Origin: Thermodesulfovibrionia bacterium
GTDB lineage: Bacteria; Nitrospirota; Thermodesulfovibrionia; UBA6902
Direction of reading: 5' to 3'
Length of the DNA: 50,393 nt
Assembly: GCA_945788685.1 (NCBI GenBank)
Contig: CALZMZ010000009.1
Coordinates: 1 to 50,393, forward strand
Positions 27,201-36,803 of the stretch are shown here, one piece after another. Made by a program: the position numbers and the translations under genes. A model generated the notes under the pieces. It did not search any database and was not told the origin of the DNA. It saw nothing but the letters and a program-made list of their open reading frames with translations. Every line of letters begins with the position of its first letter. The stretch's first letter is position 1.

Positions 27201-28103
27201 TCAAGCCAGCCTTTTTAATCCTGCATCATTTGCCGCCTTTACAGCTTTTCTGAATTCTTTGCCGGTTAATCTTCTGTCAAGCGGAGGATGGTCCTGTGCT
27301 TTGTAACAGGGATAATACTGGTCCATAATATTTGTATATGTTTCAGGAGAAATTTCACCAGCAAGAAATGTTACAATTTCTTCTGTCCCTGCCAGACCTT
27401 CAGGCAGGACAAGATGTCTGACCAGTAATCCTCTTTGGGCAACACCTTTTTCATCCATAACCAGATCACCAACCTGTCTGTGCATCTCTTTAATCGCTGC
27501 TTTTGCAACAGCTGGATAGTCTTCAGCCTTTGAATACTTCTGGGCAACTTCAGGGCTGGAATATTTGAAATCAGGCATGTATATATCAAAAACACCATCA
27601 AGCAGCCTTATCGTTTCCAGTGATTCGTATCCTCCACAGTTATATACCAGAGGCACTTTCAGACCCCTGTCAATTGCTATCTCAAGAGATGTAAGTATCA
27701 TCGGGACCTGGTGAGTTGGAGTTACGAAATTAATATTATGACAGCCGTAGTTCTGTAAGGTTGTCATTATATCTGCCAGCGCTTCAAAAGACATTTCGTG
27801 TCCCTCATCACCGTGGCTTATTGTCCAGTTTTGGCAGAAAAGACAGCCCAGGCTGCAGTGTGTTAAAAAAATAGTCCCTGAACCGTGAGATCCGACAAGA
27901 GGGGCCTCTTCACCGAAATGGGCGTTCCAGCTTGAGACAAAGGGTTTGTCACCTGTGCGGCAGAAACCAGTTTCACCTCTGGTCCGGTCAACGTTGCAAT
28001 TTCTTGGGCACAACGTGCAGCTTCTTAAAATATCTTCCGCAGTATGGATTTTCTCTTTGAGGGCTTTTTTAGTAAGTCTTAAGTATGAAGGCTGAAAATT
28101 CAT
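27201..28103 (-). CDS. Radical SAM protein, PflX-like
   Basis: CTLCPRNC, HFGEE, CSLGCLFCQN, YMPDFKY, VRHLVLP. Confidence 0.88.
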   Translation of the reverse strand: MNFQPSYLRLTKKALKEKIHTAEDILRSCTLCPRNCNVDRTRGETGFCRTGDKPFVSSWNAHFGEEAPLVGSHGSGTIFLTHCSLGCLFCQNWTISHGDEGHEMSFEALADIMTTLQNYGCHNINFVTPTHQVPMILTSLEIAIDRGLKVPLVYNCGGYESLETIRLLDGVFDIYMPDFKYSSPEVAQKYSKAEDYPAVAKAAIKEMHRQVGDLVMDEKGVAQRGLLVRHLVLPEGLAGTEEIVTFLAGEISPETYTNIMDQYYPCYKAQDHPPLDRRLTGKEFRKAVKAANDAGLKRLA

Positions 28104-28118
28104 GTCTGAAATAATTTC

Positions 28119-28146
28119 TTGACTTGTCTTTCGTATTTGTTATATT
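28119..28146 (+). promoter_or_regulatory. Sigma70-like promoter of the sigma54 activator
   Basis: TTGACT-N16-TATATT with an extended TG. Confidence 0.5.
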
Positions 28147-28223
28147 AAGTATGTTCTTATGATACATATCGGTTCATGCAATTCTTTAATAATATATAGT
28201 ATTTTTCATATCAAGGTGAAGTA

Positions 28224-29696
28224 ATGGGACATAATACTGCTTCAGGAAAAACGACATCCTGTAATCAGACAAACAGGAATGGTAAAGCCATCGAGGCAAA
28301 AGCATGTCAAAAGGAGCTACCAGACCCTGACAAGGTTTATAGGCATTTTTTTGATAGTTCCGATGATATGCTTTGCATAGCAGGACTGGACGGATTTTTC
28401 AAACTCATTAACCCGGCATTTGAGAAGATGCTCGGATTTTCAAAAGAAGAACTCTTTTCAAAACCCTTTTATGAATTTGTTCATCCTGATGATCGTGAGG
28501 CAAATATCTCAGAAGTCCGCAGTTTAAGTGAAGGTGAGCAACTTACTTTTTGTGAGCACAGATATATATGCAAAGACGGTTCTTATAAGTGGCTTGCATG
28601 GGCATCAAAAACTGATGTTAAAGAAGGGCTTGTATATGCTGTTGCAAAAGACATCACAGAGAGAAAGGAACTTGAAGACGAAATCCATTCTCTGAAGAAA
28701 CATTTCTTTGCACCAGAACTTGAACATAAAGCGGCATTTACTCCGATTATCACACGAAGTAAAAAAATGATAACTGTCTTCCATTATATCGAAGCAGTTG
28801 CAAGGTCGCAGCGGCCTGTATTGATAACCGGTGAAACCGGTGTTGGAAAAGAGCTGATTGTTAAGGTTCTTCATCAAATCAGTGGTTTGAATGGGGAACT
28901 TGTTTCAGTAAATATTGCCGGGCTTGACGATATGATGTTTTCTGATACTCTTTTTGGGCATAAAAAAGGGGCCTATACCGGAGCTGAAACAGAACGGAAT
29001 GGACTCATACACAAGGCTTCTGAAGGGACTCTGCATCTGGATGAAATAGGAGACCTGAATGAACAATCGCAGGTAAAACTCCTTCGCCTTCTGGAAGAGA
29101 AAACGTATTATCCGCTTGGTTCTGATACGCCCCTGAAAAGCCGGACACGTATTATTGCCAGTTCTAATAAGGATATCGCAAAGCAGGTGGCTGAAAGCAA
29201 ATTAAGGCAGGACCTTTATTACAGGCTCTGTACACACCATATTCATATTCCGTCTCTGCGTGCAAGGATTGAGGATATTCCTTTACTGCTTGATTACTTT
29301 ATTGAAGAGGCATCAAAATCCATGGATAAGAGGAAACCTCAATTATCACGTGAATTGATTATGCTTCTCTCCAATTATCAATTTCCAGGAAATATCCGCG
29401 AGCTTCAGGCAATGGTACACGATGCTATTGCACAGCATGATAAAGGGGATTCTTTTCTGGATCACTTTAAGCGGTATATAAAACAAAAAGGTGCGGCATT
29501 TCAAAGTGATCAGAAGATAACGGAACGTAATGAGGCATTATTTGATTTTTTTGGACATTTCCCAACATTGAAAGACGCAGAGAATTACCTTATATCAGAT
29601 GCATTAAAGCGTTCTGAAGGAAACCAGGGCATTGCCGCATCATTGCTGGGTATTTCACGTCAGGCACTCAACCGCAGATTAAAGCGAAAAGATTAA
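28224..29696 (+). CDS. PAS-domain sigma54-dependent activator (bEBP, Fis HTH)
   Basis: GETGVGKE, GAYTGA, LDEIG, FPGNIREL, C-terminal AASLLGISR. Confidence 0.93.
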   Translation: MGHNTASGKTTSCNQTNRNGKAIEAKACQKELPDPDKVYRHFFDSSDDMLCIAGLDGFFKLINPAFEKMLGFSKEELFSKPFYEFVHPDDREANISEVRSLSEGEQLTFCEHRYICKDGSYKWLAWASKTDVKEGLVYAVAKDITERKELEDEIHSLKKHFFAPELEHKAAFTPIITRSKKMITVFHYIEAVARSQRPVLITGETGVGKELIVKVLHQISGLNGELVSVNIAGLDDMMFSDTLFGHKKGAYTGAETERNGLIHKASEGTLHLDEIGDLNEQSQVKLLRLLEEKTYYPLGSDTPLKSRTRIIASSNKDIAKQVAESKLRQDLYYRLCTHHIHIPSLRARIEDIPLLLDYFIEEASKSMDKRKPQLSRELIMLLSNYQFPGNIRELQAMVHDAIAQHDKGDSFLDHFKRYIKQKGAAFQSDQKITERNEALFDFFGHFPTLKDAENYLISDALKRSEGNQGIAASLLGISRQALNRRLKRKD

Positions 29697-29707
29697 ACCT
29701 CAAGACC

Positions 29708-29741
29708 TGCAACAATTGTTTCATCTGCAACATTTGCTTCT
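29708..29741. promoter_or_regulatory. Putative tandem UAS for the bEBP
   Basis: TGCAACAATTGTTTCA (near palindrome) and TGCAACATTTGCTTCT, 18 bp apart. Confidence 0.6.
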
Positions 29742-29845
29742 GTCTAAACAGTTCTTTTATTACAGTTCATTTCCCATTTATAACCTGATTTGTCTGTTCA
29801 TATCAATACAACCCCGACATAAAGAAAGTTATTTGAATGGTGATG

Positions 29846-29858
29846 TAACGTATTGAAA
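29846..29858 (-). promoter_or_regulatory. IHF-like site
   Basis: Minus strand TTTCAATACGTTA against WATCAANNNNTTR (1 mismatch), between the UAS and the promoter. Confidence 0.45.
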
Positions 29859-29893
29859 TTAAGGAGAAATGAATATGGCTATTTGTTCAAGTT

Positions 29894-29910
29894 CTGGTAG
29901 GTTTTTTGCA
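29894..29910 (+). promoter_or_regulatory. Sigma54 promoter
   Basis: CTGGTAGGTTTTTTGCA, GG-N10-GC. Confidence 0.65.
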
Positions 29911-29957
29911 ATATGTCCATCAAACAGATTGATAATCATAAAGTTGTGGGTAAATGA

Positions 29958-31133
29958 GTGACCATGAATAAACATGTAAGAATGAACATCTTAGTCTTTA
30001 TAAGAATTCTCACCATATTCATCCTTATCACATCGGGGTGTGGAAGCAATGACAGTGAAAAAATTTGGTTAGATGATAGTTTTGGAAAAGATGGAATAGT
30101 TACCACTTTTTTAGAAGAGCCCTTTAGCATAGGCAAAGCAATCGCAGTTCAGTCAGATGGGAAAATTGTATTAGCAGGTTCTGTAGTCTTTAGCAGTGAA
30201 ATTTCCATTGTTAGATATAACACAGACGGCAGTCTTGATACGACCTTTGGTACAAATGGGATAGTAACAATTCCTGAAACATCATTGTTAGCTAATAACA
30301 TTGTAGTTCAGCTGGATGGAAAAATAATTATAGGAGCATCAGACCTCTTCAGATTTAATACAGATGGCAGTACGGATACGACCTTTGGCGATAAAGGAGT
30401 TGTGAAACTGCCAAAAGGATTGGTTGAAGTTATTGCAATACAGTCCGATGAAAAGATAATTGTTGGAGGCTCTGATTCTGCTCTTGTCAGATATAATGAA
30501 GATGGAAGTCTGGATGTAAGTTTTGGCTCAAATGGTATTGTCACGATGACTTCGCTAGTAAGCATTCCCAATGATATTGTGCTTCAGTCAGATGGAAAAA
30601 TAGTAATTACCGGATATACTGGATCTACTCCTGGAGACTTCAGTGTCGTGAGGTATAACACAGATGGTAATGTTGATACAAGTTTCGGTTCGAACGGAAT
30701 AGTCAATTCATATATAGATGGCAGCTATGCCACAAACCTTGCGATACAAGCAGATGGAAGAATAATAGTTGCGGGTAATCATGCCATCTTAGTGAGATAT
30801 AAAGCTGATGGAAGTCTGGATACCGCCTTTGGTACAGACGGGATAGTCACTATGACCGAAGAGCTAAACTCTATAACTGATTTTGTTTTGCAGTCTGATG
30901 GAAAGGTTGTTATAACAGGATATACTGGAAATTTTGGCGTTGCAAGATATCACACAAACGGAGAAATTGATACAGAATTCGGTGAGGGTGGGATTATAGT
31001 CACTGATATTCAAGAATACAGGGACAAGCCTGCAGATATTATTATACAATCGGATGGGAAAATTTTAGTGGGAGGGACAAGTTGTTATGAACGATATGGT
31101 TGTGGTTTTGCACTCGTCCGCTATTTGCCATAG
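29958..31133 (+). CDS. Delta-60 repeat beta-propeller lipoprotein
   Basis: Lipobox TSGC, seven QxDGK(I/V)-type repeats with RYNxDGSLDTTFG. Confidence 0.9.
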   Translation: MTMNKHVRMNILVFIRILTIFILITSGCGSNDSEKIWLDDSFGKDGIVTTFLEEPFSIGKAIAVQSDGKIVLAGSVVFSSEISIVRYNTDGSLDTTFGTNGIVTIPETSLLANNIVVQLDGKIIIGASDLFRFNTDGSTDTTFGDKGVVKLPKGLVEVIAIQSDEKIIVGGSDSALVRYNEDGSLDVSFGSNGIVTMTSLVSIPNDIVLQSDGKIVITGYTGSTPGDFSVVRYNTDGNVDTSFGSNGIVNSYIDGSYATNLAIQADGRIIVAGNHAILVRYKADGSLDTAFGTDGIVTMTEELNSITDFVLQSDGKVVITGYTGNFGVARYHTNGEIDTEFGEGGIIVTDIQEYRDKPADIIIQSDGKILVGGTSCYERYGCGFALVRYLP

Positions 31134-31257
31134 AATTACTGATTATGATCTATCAATATGGCCGGAATTATAATTGGATTGTAAATGAGTTGAGTAATAA
31201 TATCCTGGAATGGTTATGAGAAACTTAGACATTATGAATTAATTGGGGGGTGGTTAT

Positions 31258-31362
31258 ATGCTTGTACTGGTTGTCCTTTTCATACTGATTCTGGTTTGCG
31301 GAATATGGATATTCATCTCAAGCATGTCCAAAATTGAACCTCCGACATGCGGGCGAACATGA
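31258..31362 (+). CDS. Small single-TM protein (34 aa)
   Basis: MLVLVVLFILILVCGIWIFISSMSKIEPPTCGRT with a G-rich RBS; its stop abuts the next gene's AAGGAG. Confidence 0.5.
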   Translation: MLVLVVLFILILVCGIWIFISSMSKIEPPTCGRT

Positions 31363-31374
31363 AAGGAGAATGTT

Positions 31375-31890
31375 ATGAAAAAAGCATCATTAAGTTTTCT
31401 GATAATGATTTTATTAACCATAATTATTTACTCACTATCTGACATAGTGCATGCAATCCCTGGTCTAGGAAATTTGGGGCCTGGACCCAGGGTACGAATT
31501 AATCATGTAATCAGAATAGCACCACGGCCTCCGGGCTGGCCCCAAATGTGGCTGGCAAGAGAGATCATTAAGTCATTTAATGAACATGAATTGATAGAAG
31601 AAAGCTCAGCGAGTGAAACAGAGGATGAACTGTTTGACTTTCCGGCAAATACAAATGATGTGATAAAGTTTTCAGTCTCATTTAACAAAAGAAAACTTAA
31701 GGGGTGTGTTCTTGAATTTGAAAAGAAGAAGGACTTTGAGACAATTCAGGAGCATTATCTTGATCTGAATAAAAACAATGAACTTCACACATGGTCTTTG
31801 GTTAAAGATAACATCCTTGTAGTAATTGATGGCGCTATGCCTTATAAAGAGATCCAGGATTATGAAGCTATGCTAAAGGACATGAAATAG
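31375..31890 (+). CDS. Hypothetical exported protein
   Basis: Signal peptide ending VHA, Pro/Gly-rich N-terminus, AAGGAG RBS. Confidence 0.75.
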   Translation: MKKASLSFLIMILLTIIIYSLSDIVHAIPGLGNLGPGPRVRINHVIRIAPRPPGWPQMWLAREIIKSFNEHELIEESSASETEDELFDFPANTNDVIKFSVSFNKRKLKGCVLEFEKKKDFETIQEHYLDLNKNNELHTWSLVKDNILVVIDGAMPYKEIQDYEAMLKDMK

Positions 31891-32209
31891 CTGAAAAATT
31901 AACCAAATACAAGGCACCTTCTTCTTTCCTACCGGTGGCAAGGTCATATAATCACTTTCCCCATTCTCCATTTTCTCATAACCACACGCCGTAAGTAATA
32001 TAGGTCGGAAAATATTAATTTAACCCGTTATTTATCAGGCAGTTACCTGAATATTATTTAAAATTAAAGTCTTATGCAGAATATCTCGTATATATATATA
32101 GGGATATTCATATGATGTATTTTGTTGATTGCTCAGTAATTTCTTAGAGATTACCAAAAAGGGGCAATTACGATTTCTGCCTGATGCATTTATGAGGTCA
32201 GGTTAAATA

Positions 32210-34606
32210 ATGGGAATGTCAACTGTGGATAAAGATAATATGAAAACAATAACAAAGGGAAGCATATTCCTGTCGCCTTTGTTCAGACGCTTCCTCATGC
32301 CGATCATCCTGACCATGATGGGCTTTACTTTTGCAGTTTATTTCTTTGCTGTACCGTATTTAAAAAATCTTGTCTACTCACTTGAAGAAAGATCGGTAAA
32401 GACCAATCTTCAAAACATTCACAAACTTATTGAAGCGAACTCGCTGGCTATTGATGCATATAAGCAGTCGGTTACATCTGCTCACAAACGACAGCTGAAG
32501 AACATAACCCTTTTTATGGACACGTATCTGAACAATAAATTGAAACAGGTTCAGTATGGAATAATCTCAGAGGACGAAGCGCAGATGACTGCACTGGAAG
32601 AGCTCAGGACGTTCAGATATGGCAAAAACGACTACGTATGGGTGGCCGATTACCAGAGTTTTTATCTATCCCATCCGGACCCCAAAATGAATATGGAAGA
32701 TTTCTCAGAGGTGAGGGACGTTTTCGGCAATTATGTTCTTGCTCCCCTGGTCCAGCACGCAATAGAAAACGGGGAAGGGTATAATTCATTCTGGTGGCAG
32801 CGTCTTGAAAACGATTTGCCTGCTGAAAAACTTACCTATGCAAAATTATTTCCCGAGTGGGAATGGGTGATCGGTACAGGTGTTTATCTGGATGATCTGG
32901 AAATTGAAGTTATAATGCGTAAGGAGAAAATGATTGAGGAATTACGGCAGATTCTTAAACAGATCACGATTGCCAAAACCGGTTACATGTATATTTTTGA
33001 TGCGTGGCACAATATCATTATTCATCCGGATTCTGAACTTGAAAATATGAATATGTCATCATGGGAAAATCCGATCACAGGTAATAAACTCGCAATGGAC
33101 CTGATAGCGGCAACGCACAGCGATAATAATAAAGTTGAATATAAGTGGAACCGGCCTACTGATCAAGGAAGCTATATCTATGACAAAATTGACTGGGTTA
33201 CCCATGTGGATGATTTTGACTGGTACGTGGTGGCCTCGGTGTATACGGATGAACTGAACACCTCATCAATTCTTCTCAGAAATCGAATTTTTATCCTGGC
33301 TGCGGGGGTAGTTATACTTTCGATCATAATTGTTTCCCTGCTTATGAGCAGACTGCTTAATCCCATCCGTCGGCTCTCATACACGGCTGGTAAGGTTAAA
33401 GCCGGGGACCTGACTGCACAAAGCGATGTAAAAGGAAATGATGAGATCGGTTTTCTTGCAAAGGCATTTAATGCTATGATTTCCCAGCTACGTGAAACAA
33501 TCGAGAATCTGGACTATAAGGTGATGGAGCGAACCACGGACCTTAACAGGGCGAATGAGGAATTAATTGTGACTGTTGGAGAACTTGAACAGCATAATCA
33601 GGAAGTGACACAGTTGAACTGGATGGCGGAAAAACTTAATGCCTGTGATACTCTGGATGAGATGTACCTGGTTATTGTGGAATGCATGTCTGCATTGTTC
33701 CATATGGCAAACGGGGTACTCTACATGTCTTTCACTGATGATTATAAAGAAGAGTATCTCCGACCTGTTGCAAAATGGGGAAAGCACCACCATCCTGTTT
33801 CTGAGCATCCATTAGACATATGCAGGTCTTTCCAGAAAGGCAAAGTAATTTTATCTGATGTAAAGCAGGAGACTGATAGAACCTGTCATCATATTCATGG
33901 TGAACCGCCTTATGTATCGCTCTGCGTGCCTCTCATCGGAAAGAATGAAATAATCGGCCTGATTCATCTGCAGTTTTCCGGTACAGAGCAGGAAGTGCAT
34001 ACCATGAGGAACAAGAATATATTTGAACACTGGAAGACTCTTGCAAAATCAGCCTCTGACCATATTGCCATGGCTCTGTCCAACACCAAACTGAGAGAGA
34101 AACTACAGTACCTCTCGGTGAGAGATGGTTTGACTGGTCTGTATAACCGGCGTTACATGGAAGAAACACTGGAACGTGAATTCAAACATGCAGAACGAAA
34201 CACAAGACCGGTCAGCATCATAATCCTGGATGTCGATTTCTTTAAGAAATTTAATGACACCTATGGACACAAAATAGGGGACATTGTTCTGATTGAACTG
34301 GCGAATCTGCTCACTAATACCATTCGTAAAGGGGATGTTGTTTGTCGGTATGGCGGCGAGGAATTCCTGATTATCCTTCCGGGAATACCTGCGGATAAGG
34401 CCAGTGACCGGGCTGAGAAGATACGGAAAGAGGTGGAATTTGGTTTAAAGATAGAGCACAATAAGAAATCGCTGCCAATAACAATTTCTCTGGGTACGGC
34501 AGCATTCCCTGAAAACGGCAACTCTCACGAAGAAGTTCTGAAAGCTGCAGATGATGCTCTTTATAAAGCAAAAGCGCAGGGCAGAAACATTGCTGTATTG
34601 GCATAA
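32210..34606 (+). CDS. Diguanylate cyclase with Cache x2, HAMP, GAF, GGDEF
   Basis: FRYGKNDYVWV, WEWVIGTGVY, HAMP DEIGFLA..FN.M, DGLTGLYNRRY, RKGD I-site and RYGGEEF. Confidence 0.93.
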   Translation: MGMSTVDKDNMKTITKGSIFLSPLFRRFLMPIILTMMGFTFAVYFFAVPYLKNLVYSLEERSVKTNLQNIHKLIEANSLAIDAYKQSVTSAHKRQLKNITLFMDTYLNNKLKQVQYGIISEDEAQMTALEELRTFRYGKNDYVWVADYQSFYLSHPDPKMNMEDFSEVRDVFGNYVLAPLVQHAIENGEGYNSFWWQRLENDLPAEKLTYAKLFPEWEWVIGTGVYLDDLEIEVIMRKEKMIEELRQILKQITIAKTGYMYIFDAWHNIIIHPDSELENMNMSSWENPITGNKLAMDLIAATHSDNNKVEYKWNRPTDQGSYIYDKIDWVTHVDDFDWYVVASVYTDELNTSSILLRNRIFILAAGVVILSIIIVSLLMSRLLNPIRRLSYTAGKVKAGDLTAQSDVKGNDEIGFLAKAFNAMISQLRETIENLDYKVMERTTDLNRANEELIVTVGELEQHNQEVTQLNWMAEKLNACDTLDEMYLVIVECMSALFHMANGVLYMSFTDDYKEEYLRPVAKWGKHHHPVSEHPLDICRSFQKGKVILSDVKQETDRTCHHIHGEPPYVSLCVPLIGKNEIIGLIHLQFSGTEQEVHTMRNKNIFEHWKTLAKSASDHIAMALSNTKLREKLQYLSVRDGLTGLYNRRYMEETLEREFKHAERNTRPVSIIILDVDFFKKFNDTYGHKIGDIVLIELANLLTNTIRKGDVVCRYGGEEFLIILPGIPADKASDRAEKIRKEVEFGLKIEHNKKSLPITISLGTAAFPENGNSHEEVLKAADDALYKAKAQGRNIAVLA

Positions 34607-34662
34607 TATTCATATAAAAAAGTGATCGAGAGTCCCAGGGGATATGAGGTAAATAAGCGCTG

Positions 34663-35409
34663 TCAGTAAATACGTAGTCCCAGAGCTTTTACTTTTTCCT
34701 GCCAGGTATCTGAAACGGCCATTTTTTGTGCCCTGGATATGAGAGGATGATCCGAGTTTTTCAGGTTATATACCAACCCTACCGGTACACCAATCTCTTG
34801 CATGCCGTTAATATCAAGAATTTTTATATTCCGGCCTGTAAAATTGGGCAATGCACCAAATCCGATATATCCCTTGCCATCTAATGCCCCCTGCATAAGA
34901 GTCATGGTCACATGATTATCTTTTTTTCGAATAACGTCAAATGTAATTTTATTAAATACAGGATACGCTTTTTTAAGAAAACCTAACATGGCCTCGGACG
35001 GTTCACGTCCTATTGTTATTATCGGAAGATTGACTTTATCGTCTATCTCTGACCAGTTTTTAATTTTTTTTGTGAACATATCTTTCAATTGCTGATAACT
35101 TATGGAAGAAATACCGATATGCTCAGAAATTGCGAAAGCGAGAGGAACCCTTGCGAGAAAAATCTCTCCTCTCCCATCGAGCTCTTCTTTTGTGCATGGT
35201 CTGCCTGTCCTGCCAAACAGATAAAGGTCACTCCATTGAAGGCCCCCTGCATGTTTTATGGAATTTTCCGGTGATTCTCCGCCTCCAATAAGAGGCAGAA
35301 ATGCTCTGACAACTTTGGCGCTTGGTCCTGCTCCCTGAATCATCAGATCCTGAGCATGAACACAAACCGGTATGAACAAAAAAAACAGAATAACAGAATT
35401 CTTTACCAT
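34663..35409 (-). CDS. PstS-like periplasmic binding protein
   Basis: Signal peptide ending VHA, QGAGPS, QLKDMFTKKIKNWSEI. ATG at 35409 follows GGGAG (the ORF track starts at 35460). Confidence 0.75.
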   Translation of the reverse strand: MVKNSVILFFLFIPVCVHAQDLMIQGAGPSAKVVRAFLPLIGGGESPENSIKHAGGLQWSDLYLFGRTGRPCTKEELDGRGEIFLARVPLAFAISEHIGISSISYQQLKDMFTKKIKNWSEIDDKVNLPIITIGREPSEAMLGFLKKAYPVFNKITFDVIRKKDNHVTMTLMQGALDGKGYIGFGALPNFTGRNIKILDINGMQEIGVPVGLVYNLKNSDHPLISRAQKMAVSDTWQEKVKALGLRIY

Positions 35410-35557
35410 TGCTCCCACCACTCTTCGTGAGAAGAACAAAGTTCTTCTCATGGAGTTCACATGAATTCAGCATTATGTGAACAGTTAAATATAACACATC
35501 ATGTAAAAAATGATATAAATAATTATATATATGGAGATCGGAGCATATGGATGTGCA

Positions 35558-36628
35558 TTATTTCCATCGTTGCTTATACGTGGCCATAAGCCTTGTGACA
35601 GCCAGTTTATTTAATCTGTTTGCTTTTTTATTCATCCCCTTTTGCTCATATATTTCAGCCAGTGCAATTATAACTTCAATATCTGGATCAGGAGCAATAA
35701 AGGCTTTTTCCAGCTCTGTTAATGCCAAGTCAATTTTCCCCTGCCTGTAATAGGTCAGACCAAGTCCTGATATGGCTTCATCTGAATCCGGGTTGATTTT
35801 TAATGCCTTCCTGAACGCAGTTTCAGCCATACCATATTTTTCAGATCCGTGCAGGGCAAAACCCAGTCCGATCTGGGCGCTGGTTATGTCCGGCATCAGT
35901 TTCGCAGCACTGGAAAATTCTCTGACGGCCGGTCCATACATTTTCTTCGACAGCATGATCCTGCCGTAATTAATCCTTCTGATGTATTCTTTCTCTTCTT
36001 TGCTCTTTATGGCTGTTTCTTTTGGCTTAAGCGACTTTATAAACGCAGTCTTGTCCCACTCTTTAAGAAGGAGTTTTATGTTACCCTCAACAAGTTCCCT
36101 GATACGATAGGTGTAGGGTATGACTTCATGGAGTCTGCCGTCTGAGTCTGAAATAACGACCAGTGGCATCATAAAGACACCGTATCGATTATATATGTTT
36201 TTTTCTCTGTCATTATAGACCTTAATGTTTTTGGCAGACTTGTTTATATACGTCTTCACTGTATCGGTCTCCCTGTTGTCGCTGTAAATGCCGATAATGT
36301 TGATTTTTGACTTATATACGTCTGCCAGATCAGACAGGGTTGAAAGAAGGGCGAGAGAACGTTTTTTTCTAAAGTCGGGTCTGATTGAAAAAAACATGAT
36401 AACACCGGGTTTCCCTTTACCAGGTGTAAAGTCCTGTAGTGCAGAACCATTTATGGTAGACAGGTTTATTGGCGGCAGTATATCACCGCTTTTAAAATTG
36501 CGAAGTGTGGCAGATTCTTCGGCCCAGGCGAAATTATTGGTGACCGATACTATACATAGCACGGTTATTATAACAATAAGGCCGGCTGTTAACCTGTTCC
36601 TGCTTATATTCACGATGTCCTGGCTCAT
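35558..36628 (-). CDS. Exported thioredoxin-fold (no CXXC) + TPR protein, paralog 2
   Basis: Signal peptide AWA; G..LP...L, IMFFS, IYNRYGVFMMP..VI.D.DGR (redoxin fold); C-terminal TPRs (ALKINPDSDEA). Confidence 0.85.
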   Translation of the reverse strand: MSQDIVNISRNRLTAGLIVIITVLCIVSVTNNFAWAEESATLRNFKSGDILPPINLSTINGSALQDFTPGKGKPGVIMFFSIRPDFRKKRSLALLSTLSDLADVYKSKINIIGIYSDNRETDTVKTYINKSAKNIKVYNDREKNIYNRYGVFMMPLVVISDSDGRLHEVIPYTYRIRELVEGNIKLLLKEWDKTAFIKSLKPKETAIKSKEEKEYIRRINYGRIMLSKKMYGPAVREFSSAAKLMPDITSAQIGLGFALHGSEKYGMAETAFRKALKINPDSDEAISGLGLTYYRQGKIDLALTELEKAFIAPDPDIEVIIALAEIYEQKGMNKKANRLNKLAVTRLMATYKQRWK

Positions 36629-36803
36629 TTCTCTTGCTCTATAAAAACATGTTAGTTCCCGGGTTTAACCGGTTATAATTCTCAGCAAAATTCCCTGCCA
36701 GGTAATGATTTCTGCCGTCTCCGCTTCAATCATTAATGCTGCCCCGAAACATTCATCACCCTGTTAATTAAATGAATTTCTCCAAGCGCCGCTTCAGGGT
36801 TGT

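Noticed and set aside
31891-32209. Possible c-di-GMP riboswitch upstream of the cyclase
   Set aside because: No GEMM signature was found, only AT-rich sequence and a TA run.
36629-36803. Possible decayed TPR gene remnant or ncRNA inside the cytochrome operon
   Set aside because: Only faint similarity is visible by eye; it needs alignment to support.
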